The notes under the pieces were generated by a model that saw only the letters and a list, made by a program, of their open reading frames with translations, made no database searches and was not told the origin of the DNA. Made by a program: the position numbers and the translations under genes. 64,000 bases of DNA from an uncultured Acidobacteriota bacterium. GTDB lineage: Bacteria > Acidobacteriota > Thermoanaerobaculia > UBA5066 > Gp7-AA6. The DNA lies in contig CAVZDB010000008.1 of NCBI GenBank assembly GCA_963773905.1, positions 575,200 through 639,199 of the forward strand. The letters run 5' to 3'. Shown here piece after piece: positions 53,127 through 62,276 of this stretch. Each line of letters begins with the position of its first letter. The first letter of the stretch is position 1.

Positions 53127-53537
53127 ATGACCTCGGCCAACGCTCTCCTGGCCCGCCGCTGGTTCGACGAAGTCTGGAACCAGCGTAAGGACGAGACGAT
53201 CACGGAGCTGCTCGACCCGAACATCGTGGGGCAGATGGAGGGCGTCGACGTGCGTTCGCCGGAGGACTTCCTGAAGGCGCGCGCGGGCCTGCTCGACGGG
53301 TTTCCGGACCTGCAGGTGACCGTGGACGACGTCGTCGCGGAGGGCGACAACGTGGTCGTGCGCTGGTCGGCGTCGGGCACGCACAAGGGCGCCGGCCTCG
53401 GGATTGCGCCGAGCAAGCGCCGCGTGTCCTTCCGGGGAATGAGCTGGATCGTTTTTTCCAACGGGCGCATCGTGAAGGGCTGGGACTCCTGGAACCTCGG
53501 CCAGCTCTTTGCGCAGCTCACCGCGCCCCAACCCTGA
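53127..53537 (+). CDS. SnoaL-like ester/polyketide cyclase family protein
   Basis: 136 aa with ARRWFDEVWNQRK and VAEGDNVVVRWSASGTHKG. Confidence 0.8.
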   Translation: MTSANALLARRWFDEVWNQRKDETITELLDPNIVGQMEGVDVRSPEDFLKARAGLLDGFPDLQVTVDDVVAEGDNVVVRWSASGTHKGAGLGIAPSKRRVSFRGMSWIVFSNGRIVKGWDSWNLGQLFAQLTAPQP

Positions 53538-53656
53538 GGGCCGCCCGCGGCGGCGTCGGGGTCGCGTTCGCGCGGTGGGAATCCTGAGTCTCTACCGGCG
53601 GGACTGGCTCGTCTCTTGCTCCGATAGAAGGAAACGCGCGGCGAAAGGAGCCTGGG

Positions 53657-54223
53657 ATGAGGAAGCTGGCCGTCTTCAACAGCGTGACGCTGGATGGGTA
53701 CTTCACGGGCAGGGACGGCGACCTGAGCTGGGCACATACCGGCGGCGACGATTCGGAGTTCCGCGACTTCGTCGCGGGGAACGCGCGCGGTGAAGGCACG
53801 CTCCTCTTCGGCCGGGTCACCTACGAGATGATGGCCGCCTCCTGGCCCACGCCCGCGGCGGCGAAGAACTACCCGGAGGTGGCGGAGGGCATGAACCGCA
53901 GGACGAAGATCGTCTTCTCGCGTTCCCTCGAGCACGCGTCCTGGTCCAACACGACGGTGAAGAAGGGTGATCTCGCGCGGGAGGTGCGCGATCTGAAGGA
54001 GGTCTCCGGCCGGGACCTCGTGATCCTCGGAAGCGGAAGCGTCGTCGCGCAGCTCGCGGGGACGGGCCTGATCGACGAGTATCAGATCGTCGTGTGCCCG
54101 GTCGTCCTCGGCGGCGGGAGGACGATGTTCGAGGGCGTGGCGAAGCGCCTCTCCCTACGGCTGGCGCAGAGCCGGGCGTTCTCCAACGGGAAGGTGTTTC
54201 TCCGCTACGAGGCGGGGAGCTGA
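53657..54223 (+). CDS. Dihydrofolate reductase-like (RibD C-terminal domain) protein
   Basis: Contains MRKLAVFNSVTLDGYF, LLFGRVTYEMM, LVILGSGSVVAQL, and EYQIVVCPVVLGGG. Confidence 0.82.
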   Translation: MRKLAVFNSVTLDGYFTGRDGDLSWAHTGGDDSEFRDFVAGNARGEGTLLFGRVTYEMMAASWPTPAAAKNYPEVAEGMNRRTKIVFSRSLEHASWSNTTVKKGDLAREVRDLKEVSGRDLVILGSGSVVAQLAGTGLIDEYQIVVCPVVLGGGRTMFEGVAKRLSLRLAQSRAFSNGKVFLRYEAGS

Positions 54224-54282
54224 CGCTGATGCGGGCGGACAGCCGCGATGCGCGCTCTCCGGCCGGGCGCGTCCCCGTCCGG

Positions 54283-54783
54283 TCACGCCGCCCGGGCGGC
54301 CAGGATCTCCTCGAGTCGCCGATAGCTCCTCTCGACGCCCGACTCCATCCCGGATTTCAACACGCCGTCGCGGATCTCGCGTGTCTCGTAGAGCATCGTC
54401 TGCGTCAGGGTCGTGTGGCCGCCGGACTCGGTCAGCACGATCGTGTTGAGCCCCTCGCCGGGATACCAGGGCTGCTCGAACTGCTCGGTCAAGACGAGGC
54501 GCTCGGGGGCGACGATCTCCTTGAAGACGCCGCCCGACGCCATCTCGGTGCCGTCCTCGTCGCGCCGCCAGACCCACCGGTACCTGCCGCCGACGCGCAG
54601 GTCCATCTCGCAGATCGGCATCGACCAGCCGTCGGGTCCCAGCAGCCATTGCTTGACGAGCGCGGGCTTCGTGTGCGCGTCCCACACGAGGCGGCGGGGC
54701 GCGGGGAAGTCGCGCGTCAACACGATCTCGCGCTCGCTGGGGAGCCTGATCCTCAGGGCATCGGGTTTGGATTTCGCCTTCAT
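54283..54783 (-). CDS. SRPBCC/AHSA1 (Activator of Hsp90 ATPase homolog-like) domain protein
   Basis: Contains REIVLTRDFPAPRRLVWDAHTKPALVKQW and RVGGRYRWVW. Start taken at MKAKSKPD. Confidence 0.82.
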   Translation of the reverse strand: MKAKSKPDALRIRLPSEREIVLTRDFPAPRRLVWDAHTKPALVKQWLLGPDGWSMPICEMDLRVGGRYRWVWRRDEDGTEMASGGVFKEIVAPERLVLTEQFEQPWYPGEGLNTIVLTESGGHTTLTQTMLYETREIRDGVLKSGMESGVERSYRRLEEILAARAA

Positions 54784-54785
54784 CG

Positions 54786-54990
54786 GGAATCTCCTCCGTC
54801 GGGCCGGGGGAACGTCCGCGTTTCTTGTCCGGAGTCTTTTTATCGCGGATTTGCAGCGCGCCGAGCAGGGCCTCGAGGCGTTTGTCATTGGCGGTCCAGA
54901 ACTCCCCATATTGGAGATGCACTTGTCGAGTGCCCGGAGGAAGCCTTTCGAGGTATTGGTATGCCTCGATTCACGTCGGGAGCAGGGGGG
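54786..54990 (-). pseudogene. Remnant of an ArsR/SmtB-family regulator (C-terminal part only, frame-broken)
   Basis: Minus-strand frames read SRRESRHTNTSKGFLRALDKCISNMG | EFWTANDKRLEALLGALQ. This resembles the ...SRREGR..Y.L....L..L..WL..Y..FW...LD.L C-termini of ArsR genes that precede AHSA1 genes. No HTH-coding sequence lies further upstream. Confidence 0.4.
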
Positions 54991-54995
54991 GACCC

Positions 54996-55395
54996 ATGAA
55001 CATCACCCGCCTCGTGGCCGCCGCGGTCGACGCCCTGGTCGTCTTCTTCGCCTACGGATTCCTCATCAACGGGATGCTGATCCGCGACCACGACCAGCCC
55101 TACTCCGCCGTTTACCGTTCGGCCGACGCCCTGGCCGGCAACGCCCCGTTCGGTCTCGCGGGCACGCTGCTCGCGAATGCTCGTCCTGGCGATGATCTAT
55201 GCCAGGGGCTACGAGGGCGGGAGCGGGGCGGCCGAGGGGGCCCGGTTCGGGGTCCTGCTGAACATCGGGGGCCGGCTCGCCGCCGAGCTGGCCGTGGCAG
55301 CTTTCTTCCAATGGATCGCGGTCGGCCTCGCGGTCGCTTTGGTCTACCGGCCGCGGCGCGGCGCCAACACGCGGGCGGCCCCGGCGGCACCTTAA
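54996..55395 (+). CDS. Small membrane protein (DUF1761-like?); one frame break near 55180
   Basis: MNITRLVAAAVDALVVFFAYGFLINGML... continues in the frame of ORF 55177..55395 (LVLAMIYARGYEGG...FFQWIAVGLAVALVY). Confidence 0.4.
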
Positions 55396-55450
55396 GGCGG
55401 CGCCGGCGGACTGTGGCTGTGGTACACCATGAGACGGAAAGGAGTCGCCA

Positions 55451-55897
55451 ATGCTTTTCCAATCTCGAAGGGCGTGGGCGGCCGGGACGGCCCTGACCCT
55501 CGCGCTACTGGGTCTCTCCTGCAACAAGTCCGATTCCGTGACGAACCCCATGAGCTCGCCTGTGGCCTCCGCGAGCGTCGCCGGAAATTGGAGCGGGACG
55601 TTCCAGGCGCGCACGGCCGGGTGCACCTCGCCGGTCACGGCGACGCTTCAACAGAACGGCGCGGACGTCCAGGGGCTCTTCACCGCCGACGGCTGCAAGA
55701 TCCGCGGCGCGTTCTTCGGGACGGTGTCCGGCAAGACGCTGGACGGGAAGATCGAGATGTCCGGCTGCAAGGGCGGCGCGGTGGTAGGAACGGCATCCGC
55801 CTCGGCGGTGTCGATGGAGGTCGGCGACTTCTGGTCGCCGTCCGACTTCGGAGACAAGATCCTCCTGTACGGCGGGACGGTCACGCTGCAGAAGTGA
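55451..55897 (+). CDS. Hypothetical lipoprotein
   Basis: Lipobox LALLGLSC. 148 aa and Cys-containing, with no recognised domain. Confidence 0.6.
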   Translation: MLFQSRRAWAAGTALTLALLGLSCNKSDSVTNPMSSPVASASVAGNWSGTFQARTAGCTSPVTATLQQNGADVQGLFTADGCKIRGAFFGTVSGKTLDGKIEMSGCKGGAVVGTASASAVSMEVGDFWSPSDFGDKILLYGGTVTLQK

Positions 55898-55930
55898 GCG
55901 GCGGGCAGCCAGGCGCCTGACGACAGGCGC

Positions 55931-56488
55931 GTGATGGCTTCCGTCCTCTCGCATCCCGCGGTTCCCCTGGCGATCGCCGTCGTGGCGGGCCGCGCCGCGG
56001 TGCCGCGCCGGCTGGCGCTCCTGGCTTGCGCGGCGAGCGTGCTCCCGGACGTCGACGCCCTCGGCTACTGGGCGGGCGTCCCCTACGACGCGCCGCTCGG
56101 CCACCGGGGCTTCACCCACTCCCTCGTCTTCGCCGCGATCCTGGCGGCGTGCGCCACGGCGTTCGCGCGGAGGCTCCCCGCCACGCGCGGGACGGCGTTC
56201 CTCGTCGTCCTGCTCGCGGCGGCGTCGCACGGCGTGCTCGACGCGCTGACGACCGGAGGCATGGGCGTCGCGTTCTTCTCGCCGTTCTCGAACGCGCGGT
56301 ACTTCCTGCCGTGGCGCGTCATCGCGGTCTCGCCGATCGGCGTCGGGCGCTTCTTCTCGGAGCGGGGGATTCGGATCCTGCGATCCGAGCTCCTCTGGAT
56401 CTGGGCGCCGTGCGCCCTCCTCGCGGGGATCGGCGCCTTCGTTCGGCAACGGGCGATACGAGTTTCGGCTCGCTCGTATACTGATTGA
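55931..56488 (+). CDS. YdjM-family membrane-bound metal-dependent hydrolase (DUF457)
   Basis: Contains SHPAVPLAI and PLGHRGFTHSLVFA, with multiple TM helices. Confidence 0.72.
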   Translation: MMASVLSHPAVPLAIAVVAGRAAVPRRLALLACAASVLPDVDALGYWAGVPYDAPLGHRGFTHSLVFAAILAACATAFARRLPATRGTAFLVVLLAAASHGVLDALTTGGMGVAFFSPFSNARYFLPWRVIAVSPIGVGRFFSERGIRILRSELLWIWAPCALLAGIGAFVRQRAIRVSARSYTD

Positions 56489-58440
56489 TGAAAGCCGTGC
56501 ACCACAGTTCGCTTCCCGGCCGAATCTCGGGCGCGGCCCTCGCCGCGCTCTGGCTCGCTTTGCTCGCCCCGGTCGGCTCAGCCGCGGCGCTGGAGATCGG
56601 CTCCCGCACCGTCGAGCGCGTGAGCAACCGTTCGCACAGCGGCCCGTATTGCGGGTTGATCCTGGCCCTCGCGGCCGATCCGCGCGACGCCAACGTGCTC
56701 TACGCGGGCACGGAAAACGGACTCTTCCGGAGCGCCGACGCCGGGGGCAGCTGGACGCTCCTGCTGGGTGGAAACGTCGTCGACGGCGTCTACGTGAGTC
56801 CCTCCGATTCGTCGGTGCTCCTGGCCTCCGTGGCGGCCACGTCAGACGAGATATTTCCCTACGACTCCGAGGTCTCGTACCTTTTTCGGAGCGCCGACTC
56901 CGGAGCGACCTGGGTGCAGGTTCTCGAAGCCCATCAACAGCTTTCGATTGGCACGAGCATCGGCAGGTTCTACGCGAGCGACAATTCCGCCTCCCCCTTC
57001 GACCCATCCTTCGCGGCCGTCAGCACCGACGACGGGGCGAGCTGGGCCCCGCTGCCCAGGGCCGCCGAGAGGGCGATCGCGGTCGATTCGGTCGTGAACA
57101 CGCGGGTATACCTGCTGGATTGGAACGGGACGGTGGAAGTCAGCCTCGACGGCGGCAGCTCGTGGCAGGCGACGCCGCTTCAGAACGCCGGCGTGAATCT
57201 CCTGCAAGTCGATCCATCGTCTCCGCTGACCGTCTATGCCTCCGGCGACGTGTTCTTTCGCAGCGACGACGGCGGATCCCACTGGAGTCCCAATCGTTGG
57301 GCTGGAGCTCCGATCGTGGCCCTGGCGGTCTCTGAGCGCACCCTCTATGCCGCGACGGCTGCGGGCGACGTCTACGGCTCCGCCAACCGCGGCGACACCT
57401 GGGCGCGGGTCGGTGCCGTCCCGGGCGGGCTGCTGTCCCTCCTCGCTGACCAGGATGCCCTCCTCGCGGGAGCGGACGGCGCTGGCGTACTTCGCTCGGA
57501 TGACGGCGGCCGGAGCTGGTCGCCCCGCAACGGACATCTCGACGCGGCGCCGATCGGCGCCGTGGCCGTCGCGCCGAGCGCTCCGGGGACCGTCTACGCG
57601 TTGACCGGCGGGTTCGCGAAGACGACCGACGGCGGGCAGACCTGGTCCTTGGACGCGTTCGCGCCGTCCGCGGCGGCGTTCGGCGGCCTCGCTGTCGATC
57701 CCACCGATTCCCGGATCGTCTATGCGTCGGACGCGACCGCGGGTGTGATCCGAAGCGGCGACGGCGGAACGACCTGGTCGCCGCCCTCGGCGACCGGCCG
57801 CTTCGTGACGTCGATCGCGGTCTCGCCGGCTGTGCCTTCGACGGTCTACATGGCCGACGGCCAGCCGTGGAAGAGCACGGACGGTGGAGAGACCTGGATT
57901 CCAATCCACGACGGGATCGGCGACGGCGTCGACTTCGTCGTCGTGGATCCGACGGCCGCGGACACGCTCTATGCGACGAATGGAGAAATCTATCGAAGCG
58001 ACAACGCGGGAGATCAATGGGAGCTCGCGACCGCGCAGTCCCTCGGTTACGTGACGGCGCTGGTTCCGGATCCGGCGCATCCAGGAACGATCTACGCCAT
58101 TGCCTTTTCCGATTTGTACAAGAGCGAGGATCGCGGAAAGACTTGGAGTCTGGAACTCTTGCAGGTCATCGCGGCGGCCGTGGACGATCGTGGCGTCGTG
58201 TCGGTGGGGACCGCGGATGGCCCCTCGCGTAGCGGCACACGATCCGGTCTGCCACCCCTTCGCAGCACCGACGGCGGAGCGACATGGCAGCAGCTCTGCG
58301 ATTGGGGACGCCCCGACGGTCCCGGCGCTATTGTCACGAGCCTCGCGACGGACAATCACGGCTTCCTCTACGCTGGGACCTCCACCAACGGCGTCTGGCG
58401 GATCGGCTCGCAGGCTCCGCTGCAGCTCGCGCCCCGCTGA
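56485..58440 (+). CDS. Secreted BNR/Asp-box repeat protein (double beta-propeller, sialidase/Ycf48-like fold)
   Basis: Signal peptide and 13 Asp-box-like motifs (e.g. [56 protein letters not shown]). ATGA overlap with ydjM-like. Confidence 0.8.
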   Translation: MMKAVHHSSLPGRISGAALAALWLALLAPVGSAAALEIGSRTVERVSNRSHSGPYCGLILALAADPRDANVLYAGTENGLFRSADAGGSWTLLLGGNVVDGVYVSPSDSSVLLASVAATSDEIFPYDSEVSYLFRSADSGATWVQVLEAHQQLSIGTSIGRFYASDNSASPFDPSFAAVSTDDGASWAPLPRAAERAIAVDSVVNTRVYLLDWNGTVEVSLDGGSSWQATPLQNAGVNLLQVDPSSPLTVYASGDVFFRSDDGGSHWSPNRWAGAPIVALAVSERTLYAATAAGDVYGSANRGDTWARVGAVPGGLLSLLADQDALLAGADGAGVLRSDDGGRSWSPRNGHLDAAPIGAVAVAPSAPGTVYALTGGFAKTTDGGQTWSLDAFAPSAAAFGGLAVDPTDSRIVYASDATAGVIRSGDGGTTWSPPSATGRFVTSIAVSPAVPSTVYMADGQPWKSTDGGETWIPIHDGIGDGVDFVVVDPTAADTLYATNGEIYRSDNAGDQWELATAQSLGYVTALVPDPAHPGTIYAIAFSDLYKSEDRGKTWSLELLQVIAAAVDDRGVVSVGTADGPSRSGTRSGLPPLRSTDGGATWQQLCDWGRPDGPGAIVTSLATDNHGFLYAGTSTNGVWRIGSQAPLQLAPR

Positions 58441-58481
58441 GCGCCACGAGACGTTAAACTCGCGCCGGAGGGGCGCCGTCG

Positions 58482-58889
58482 ATGAGGATCTTCCGGGTCT
58501 CGCTCGAGGTCTCGGACTCGAAGAAGGCCAACCGGTTCTACTCGAAGCTGCTGGGGATCGAGGGGAGGCTCGTCGGCGGCGGGCGCGTCTACTTCGACTG
58601 CGGCCCGGTGATCCTGGCCCTCGTCGATGTCTCGGCGACGCGGAAGAAGCCGAGGCCCATCGCGCAGGATGTGTACTTCGCGGTTCCGGACGTCGAGGCG
58701 TATTACGCCCGCGCGAAGAAATTGCGCGGCCTCTCGAAGGAGGACGTTCACGGCGCGCCGGCGGGAGCGGTCGTCGTGCGGCCCTGGGGCGAGCGCTCCT
58801 TCTACGCCGAGGACCCCTTCGGCAACGGCCTCTGTTTCGTCGACGAGAAGACCCTCTTCATCGGCGCGAGGCCGACGAGGACAGGATGA
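58482..58889 (+). CDS. VOC (glyoxalase/bleomycin-resistance) family protein
   Basis: 135 aa with [10 protein letters not shown] and [15 protein letters not shown]. Confidence 0.8.
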   Translation: MRIFRVSLEVSDSKKANRFYSKLLGIEGRLVGGGRVYFDCGPVILALVDVSATRKKPRPIAQDVYFAVPDVEAYYARAKKLRGLSKEDVHGAPAGAVVVRPWGERSFYAEDPFGNGLCFVDEKTLFIGARPTRTG

Positions 58890-59269
58890 GCGACCTCGAG
58901 CGGAACAAGAAGACCGTGATGGCGTTCTACGACCTGATGTTCAACCAGGCGAAGCCGGCCGAGGCGATCGAGCGCTACGCCGGCAAGATCTACACGCAGC
59001 ACAACCCGAAGGTCGCCGACGGGAAGCAGGCGTTCGTCGACTACTTCCTGCGGATGGCGGAGGAGTTCCCGGGCAAGCGGGTCTACTTCAAGCGCGCGAT
59101 CGCCGAGGGCGACTACGTCGTGCTGCACTGCTTCCAGGAGTGGCCCGGCGAGAGCAACTGGGCCGGCATCGACATCTTCCGCCTGGATCCCGAGGGCCGG
59201 ATCGTGGAGCACTGGGACGTGCTGCAGCCGATCCCGCCGACCTCCGCCAACAACAACACGATGTTCTGA
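58886..59269 (+). CDS. SnoaL-like / NTF2-fold protein
   Basis: Contains [21 protein letters not shown], and [14 protein letters not shown] overlap with the upstream gene. Confidence 0.8.
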   Translation: MSDLERNKKTVMAFYDLMFNQAKPAEAIERYAGKIYTQHNPKVADGKQAFVDYFLRMAEEFPGKRVYFKRAIAEGDYVVLHCFQEWPGESNWAGIDIFRLDPEGRIVEHWDVLQPIPPTSANNNTMF

Positions 59270-59296
59270 CCGCGGAGACGCAGCGAGAAACGCGCG

Positions 59297-59704
59297 ATGG
59301 CAATGCCCGAATCCGAGTCCGTCCACTTCGAGTGCGTCGACCCCATCCTCAGGGTCTCCGACATGGCGCGGAGCGTCGCCTACTACATCGGCGTCCTCGG
59401 GTTCACGAACGCGCCGTGGGGGACCGACGAGTTCACGCGCGTCGGTCGCGACGGGCTGGGGATCTACCTGTGCCGGGAGGGACAGGGCCGGGGCGGCGCC
59501 TGGGTCTGGGTCGGTGTCAGCGACGTGCGGGCGCTGTACGCCGTGTATCGGGAGCGCGGCGCGCTCATCCGGTCGGAGCCGGCGAACTTTCCCTGGGGGC
59601 TCGAGATGCAGGTCGAGGATCCGGACGGCAACGTCCTGCGGTTCGGGTCCGACCGCGAGGACGAGAGTCCAGCGTCTGACGGATTCGTCCCGGGATCCGT
59701 ATAG
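59297..59704 (+). CDS. VOC (glyoxalase/bleomycin-resistance) family protein
   Basis: Contains ILRVSDMARSVAYYIGVLGF and EMQVEDPDGNVLRFG. Confidence 0.8.
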   Translation: MAMPESESVHFECVDPILRVSDMARSVAYYIGVLGFTNAPWGTDEFTRVGRDGLGIYLCREGQGRGGAWVWVGVSDVRALYAVYRERGALIRSEPANFPWGLEMQVEDPDGNVLRFGSDREDESPASDGFVPGSV

Positions 59705-59723
59705 CCATCGGGAGGTTTCCACC

Positions 59724-60243
59724 ATGCGCTCCGCCCTTCTCGCCGCCTGCCTCCTGACGAGCCTAGCCGCCGCGCCTCTCCTCGCCTCGGGCGCCGACGC
59801 CGTTGCTCCCCAATCCTGCGATCGACATGGACGCCCATCTTCGTCTTTCGCGGGAGGCGGCCATCGCGCGCGAGACCCACCGCGTGACCGAGGAGGACTT
59901 TCTCCGGATGAGCCGCGAGCGCGGGACGGTGGTCCTCGACGCGCGCAGCAGGGAGAAGTACGACGAGCTCCACGTCAAGGGCGCGGTCAACGTGAGCTTC
60001 CCGGACTTCACGGCCGCGAGCCTGGGGGCGGTCATCCCGGACAAGTCCACCCGCGTCCTGATCTACTGCAACAACAACTTCGTCAACGCCGCCTCGGCGT
60101 TCCCGATCAAGGCGCCGGCCGCGTCGCTCAACCTGTCGACGTACGTTACGCTCTACATCTATGGGTACAGGAACGTCTGGGAGCTCGCGCCGCTCCTCGA
60201 CGCGAAGGCGTGCCGGCTCGAGCTCGAGCCGGCGGCAAAGTAG
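59724..60243 (+). CDS. Secreted rhodanese-like domain protein; one frame break near 59808
   Basis: Strong signal peptide MRSALLAACLLTSLAAAPLLASGADA behind a GGGAGG RBS. The rhodanese body (VVLDARSREKYDELHVKGAVNV...VLIYCNNN) lies in the frame of ORF 59803..60243. Confidence 0.7.
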
Positions 60244-60283
60244 GGGGAGCACCCGGGCGCCAAGCCCGGCTTGGACGGCAAGG

Positions 60284-60619
60284 GCTCTTCTCCTCTCCCT
60301 CCCCGGCGTCGAGGAGGGCCCCTGCTATGGCACGCCGGGATTTAGGGTCCGCGGGAAGCTCCTCGCGCGCCTGCGCGAGGACGGCGAGACGCTCGTGGTC
60401 AAGTGCGGCGACGAGGCGCTCGAGGCGTGGATGCACGCCGATCCCGTGTCGTTCTTTTTGACCGACCACTATCGCGGCTACGGGGCGGTCCTGGTCCGCC
60501 TGGACACCGTGGGGGCAGGCGCACTCCGGGATCTCCTGGTCCAGTCCTGGCGGCGGCTCGCGCCGAAGAGGCTGATTGTTGAGTACGACGCGAACGCGCT
60601 CAGAGGCCGCCGCCGATAG
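60284..60619 (+). CDS. MmcQ/YjbR-family protein, N-terminus unresolved
   Basis: Contains ALLLSLPGVEEGPCYGTPGFRVRGKLLARL and FFLTDHYRGYGAVLVRL. No in-frame start exists between the rhodanese stop and the conserved LPGV motif, so another indel is likely. Confidence 0.6.
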   Translation, partial: ALLLSLPGVEEGPCYGTPGFRVRGKLLARLREDGETLVVKCGDEALEAWMHADPVSFFLTDHYRGYGAVLVRLDTVGAGALRDLLVQSWRRLAPKRLIVEYDANALRGRRR

Positions 60620-60630
60620 AATCGCGGGCG

Positions 60631-61542
60631 ATGGAGACCTGGCCGAGCCTCCCCCTCCAGGGATGGGCCGACACCTACGCGACGCTGCACCTCTGGACGC
60701 AGATCGTCGGAAAGATCCGGCTCGTCACGACGCCGCCGATCAACCACTGCTGGAACGTGACGCTGTACGTGACCGCGCGCGGGCTCACGACCGGGCCGAT
60801 GCCGCACGGCGAGCGCACGTTCCAGATCGACTTCGACTTCCTGGACCACGCGCTGCGCATCGCGGCGGGCGACGGCGCGACCGGGAGCGTCCCCCTCGAG
60901 CCCCAGTCGGTGGCGGCGTTCTACCGCCGGCTCTTCGCGGAGCTCGACCGACTCGGGCTCTCCGTGAGGATCCACGAGAATCCCAACGAGGTCGCGGAAC
61001 CGATCCCGTTCGATCGGGACGAGCGCCACGCGTCCTACGATCCCGACGCGGCGCAGCGGTTCTGGCGGATCCTCCAGCAGTCGGACCGCGTGTTCCAGCG
61101 CTTCCGCTCGCGCTTCATCGGCAAGTGCAGCCCGGTCCACTTCTTCTGGGGAGCGCCGGACCTCGCCGTCACGCGCTTCTCGGGCCGCCCGGCGCCGCTC
61201 CACCCCGGCGGCGTGCCCGGACTGCCGGACCGCGTGACCCGCGACGCCTACTCGCACGAGGTCAGCAGCGCCGGCTTCTGGCCGGGCGGCGGTCCGATCG
61301 CGTACCCCGCGTACTACTCCTACGCGTATCCCGAGCCGCCCGGGTTCGCGCAGGCGCCCGTCGAGCCCGGGGCGGCGTTCTACTCGACGGATCTCAAGGA
61401 GTTCCTCCTGCCGTACGACGCGGTGCGGACGGCGGCCTCGCCGGACGACGCGCTTCTCGCCTTCCTGCAGTCGACCTACGAGGCGGCGGCGAACGCGGCC
61501 GCCTGGGACCGGCGGGCGCTCGAACGGGCGCAGAGCGCATGA
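60631..61542 (+). CDS. DUF5996 family protein
   Basis: 303 aa with WPSLPLQGWADTYATLHLWTQIVGKIRL...NHCWNVTLYVTARGLTT. Confidence 0.72.
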   Translation: METWPSLPLQGWADTYATLHLWTQIVGKIRLVTTPPINHCWNVTLYVTARGLTTGPMPHGERTFQIDFDFLDHALRIAAGDGATGSVPLEPQSVAAFYRRLFAELDRLGLSVRIHENPNEVAEPIPFDRDERHASYDPDAAQRFWRILQQSDRVFQRFRSRFIGKCSPVHFFWGAPDLAVTRFSGRPAPLHPGGVPGLPDRVTRDAYSHEVSSAGFWPGGGPIAYPAYYSYAYPEPPGFAQAPVEPGAAFYSTDLKEFLLPYDAVRTAASPDDALLAFLQSTYEAAANAAAWDRRALERAQSA

Positions 61543-62246
61543 GCGCGTCCGGACAGTCCGGATCGGACCTCGAGGTCAAGATGGCCGTGTACCGGCACTT
61601 CGCGGAGACGGCGCGCCGGCCGTCGCCCGGGGAGGTCGCCGCGCGCGCGGGCGTGCCGGCCGCCGAGGTGCCCGCGGCGTACGCGAGGCTTCGCGCGCAG
61701 CGGGTGCTCGTCCTCGAGGAGGACGGCGTCTCGATCCGGATGGCGCCGCCCTTCTCGGGCGTCCCGACGCAGCACGTGGCGGTCGTGGCGGAGAAGCGGT
61801 ACTTCGCCAACTGCGCGTGGGACGTCTTCGGGATAGTCGCAGCCCTTCAGAAGCCCGGCGCCGTCGAGTCGCGCTGCGAGCAGACGCACGAGCCGCTGCG
61901 CCTCGCGATCGGGCCGGAGGGCCCGGGCGGTTCCGACTGGCTCTTCCACTGCGCCGTTCCGGCCGCGCAGTGGTGGGACGACATCGTCCTGACCTGAAGC
62001 CGCATGCTCTTCTTCCGGTCGGAAGAAAGGGTGCGGGAGTGGTGCGAGGGCCTCGGGATCCCGGTGCGCCCGCTCGTTGCGCTCGAACAGCTCTGGGGGC
62101 TCGCGGTCGCCTGGTACTCCACGCGGCTCCAGCCGACCTCGCGTCGGCCGCAGCCCGAGGAGATGCGGCGGATCTTCGCCGGCCTCGGCCTCGAGGGGCC
62201 GTTCTGGGACCCGCAGTCGGACCGCTTCTCGTCCGCCGGGTCCTAG
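61539..62246 (+). CDS. MerB (alkylmercury lyase)-family protein with in-frame UGA (selenocysteine candidate) at the Cys159-equivalent position
   Basis: ORF 61539..61997 (FANCAWDVFG = Cys-x-x-Asp) and ORF 62004..62246 (MLFFRSEERVREW...) share one frame. They are separated by TGA 61995-61997. ATGA overlap with the DUF5996 gene. Confidence 0.75.
62010..62027 (+). promoter_or_regulatory. SECIS-like hairpin downstream of the merB-like UGA
   Basis: UUCUUCC-GGUC-GGAAGAA, a perfect 7-bp stem. The GGUC tetraloop is at +23..+26 from the U of UGA. The stem can be extended outward with wobble pairs. Confidence 0.7.
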
Positions 62247-62276
62247 GAGCGGGCAGATACACTGCTCTCCGAAATC

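Noticed and set aside
59724-60243. Rhodanese-like gene as a third selenoprotein (rhodanese-type selenoproteins exist)
   Set aside because: The interruption is a frame change between the signal peptide and the domain, not an in-frame UGA. The active-site Cys codon (IYCNNN) is a normal Cys codon.
61995-61997. The merB-like TGA as a plain nonsense mutation, a two-gene split or a sequencing error
   Set aside because: The window's errors are indels, not substitutions. The stop falls on the catalytic Cys column, the frame and conservation continue downstream, and a GGUC-loop hairpin sits at SECIS distance. A second gene (bcp) shows the same pattern. The call is kept as a Sec candidate but needs the checks listed.
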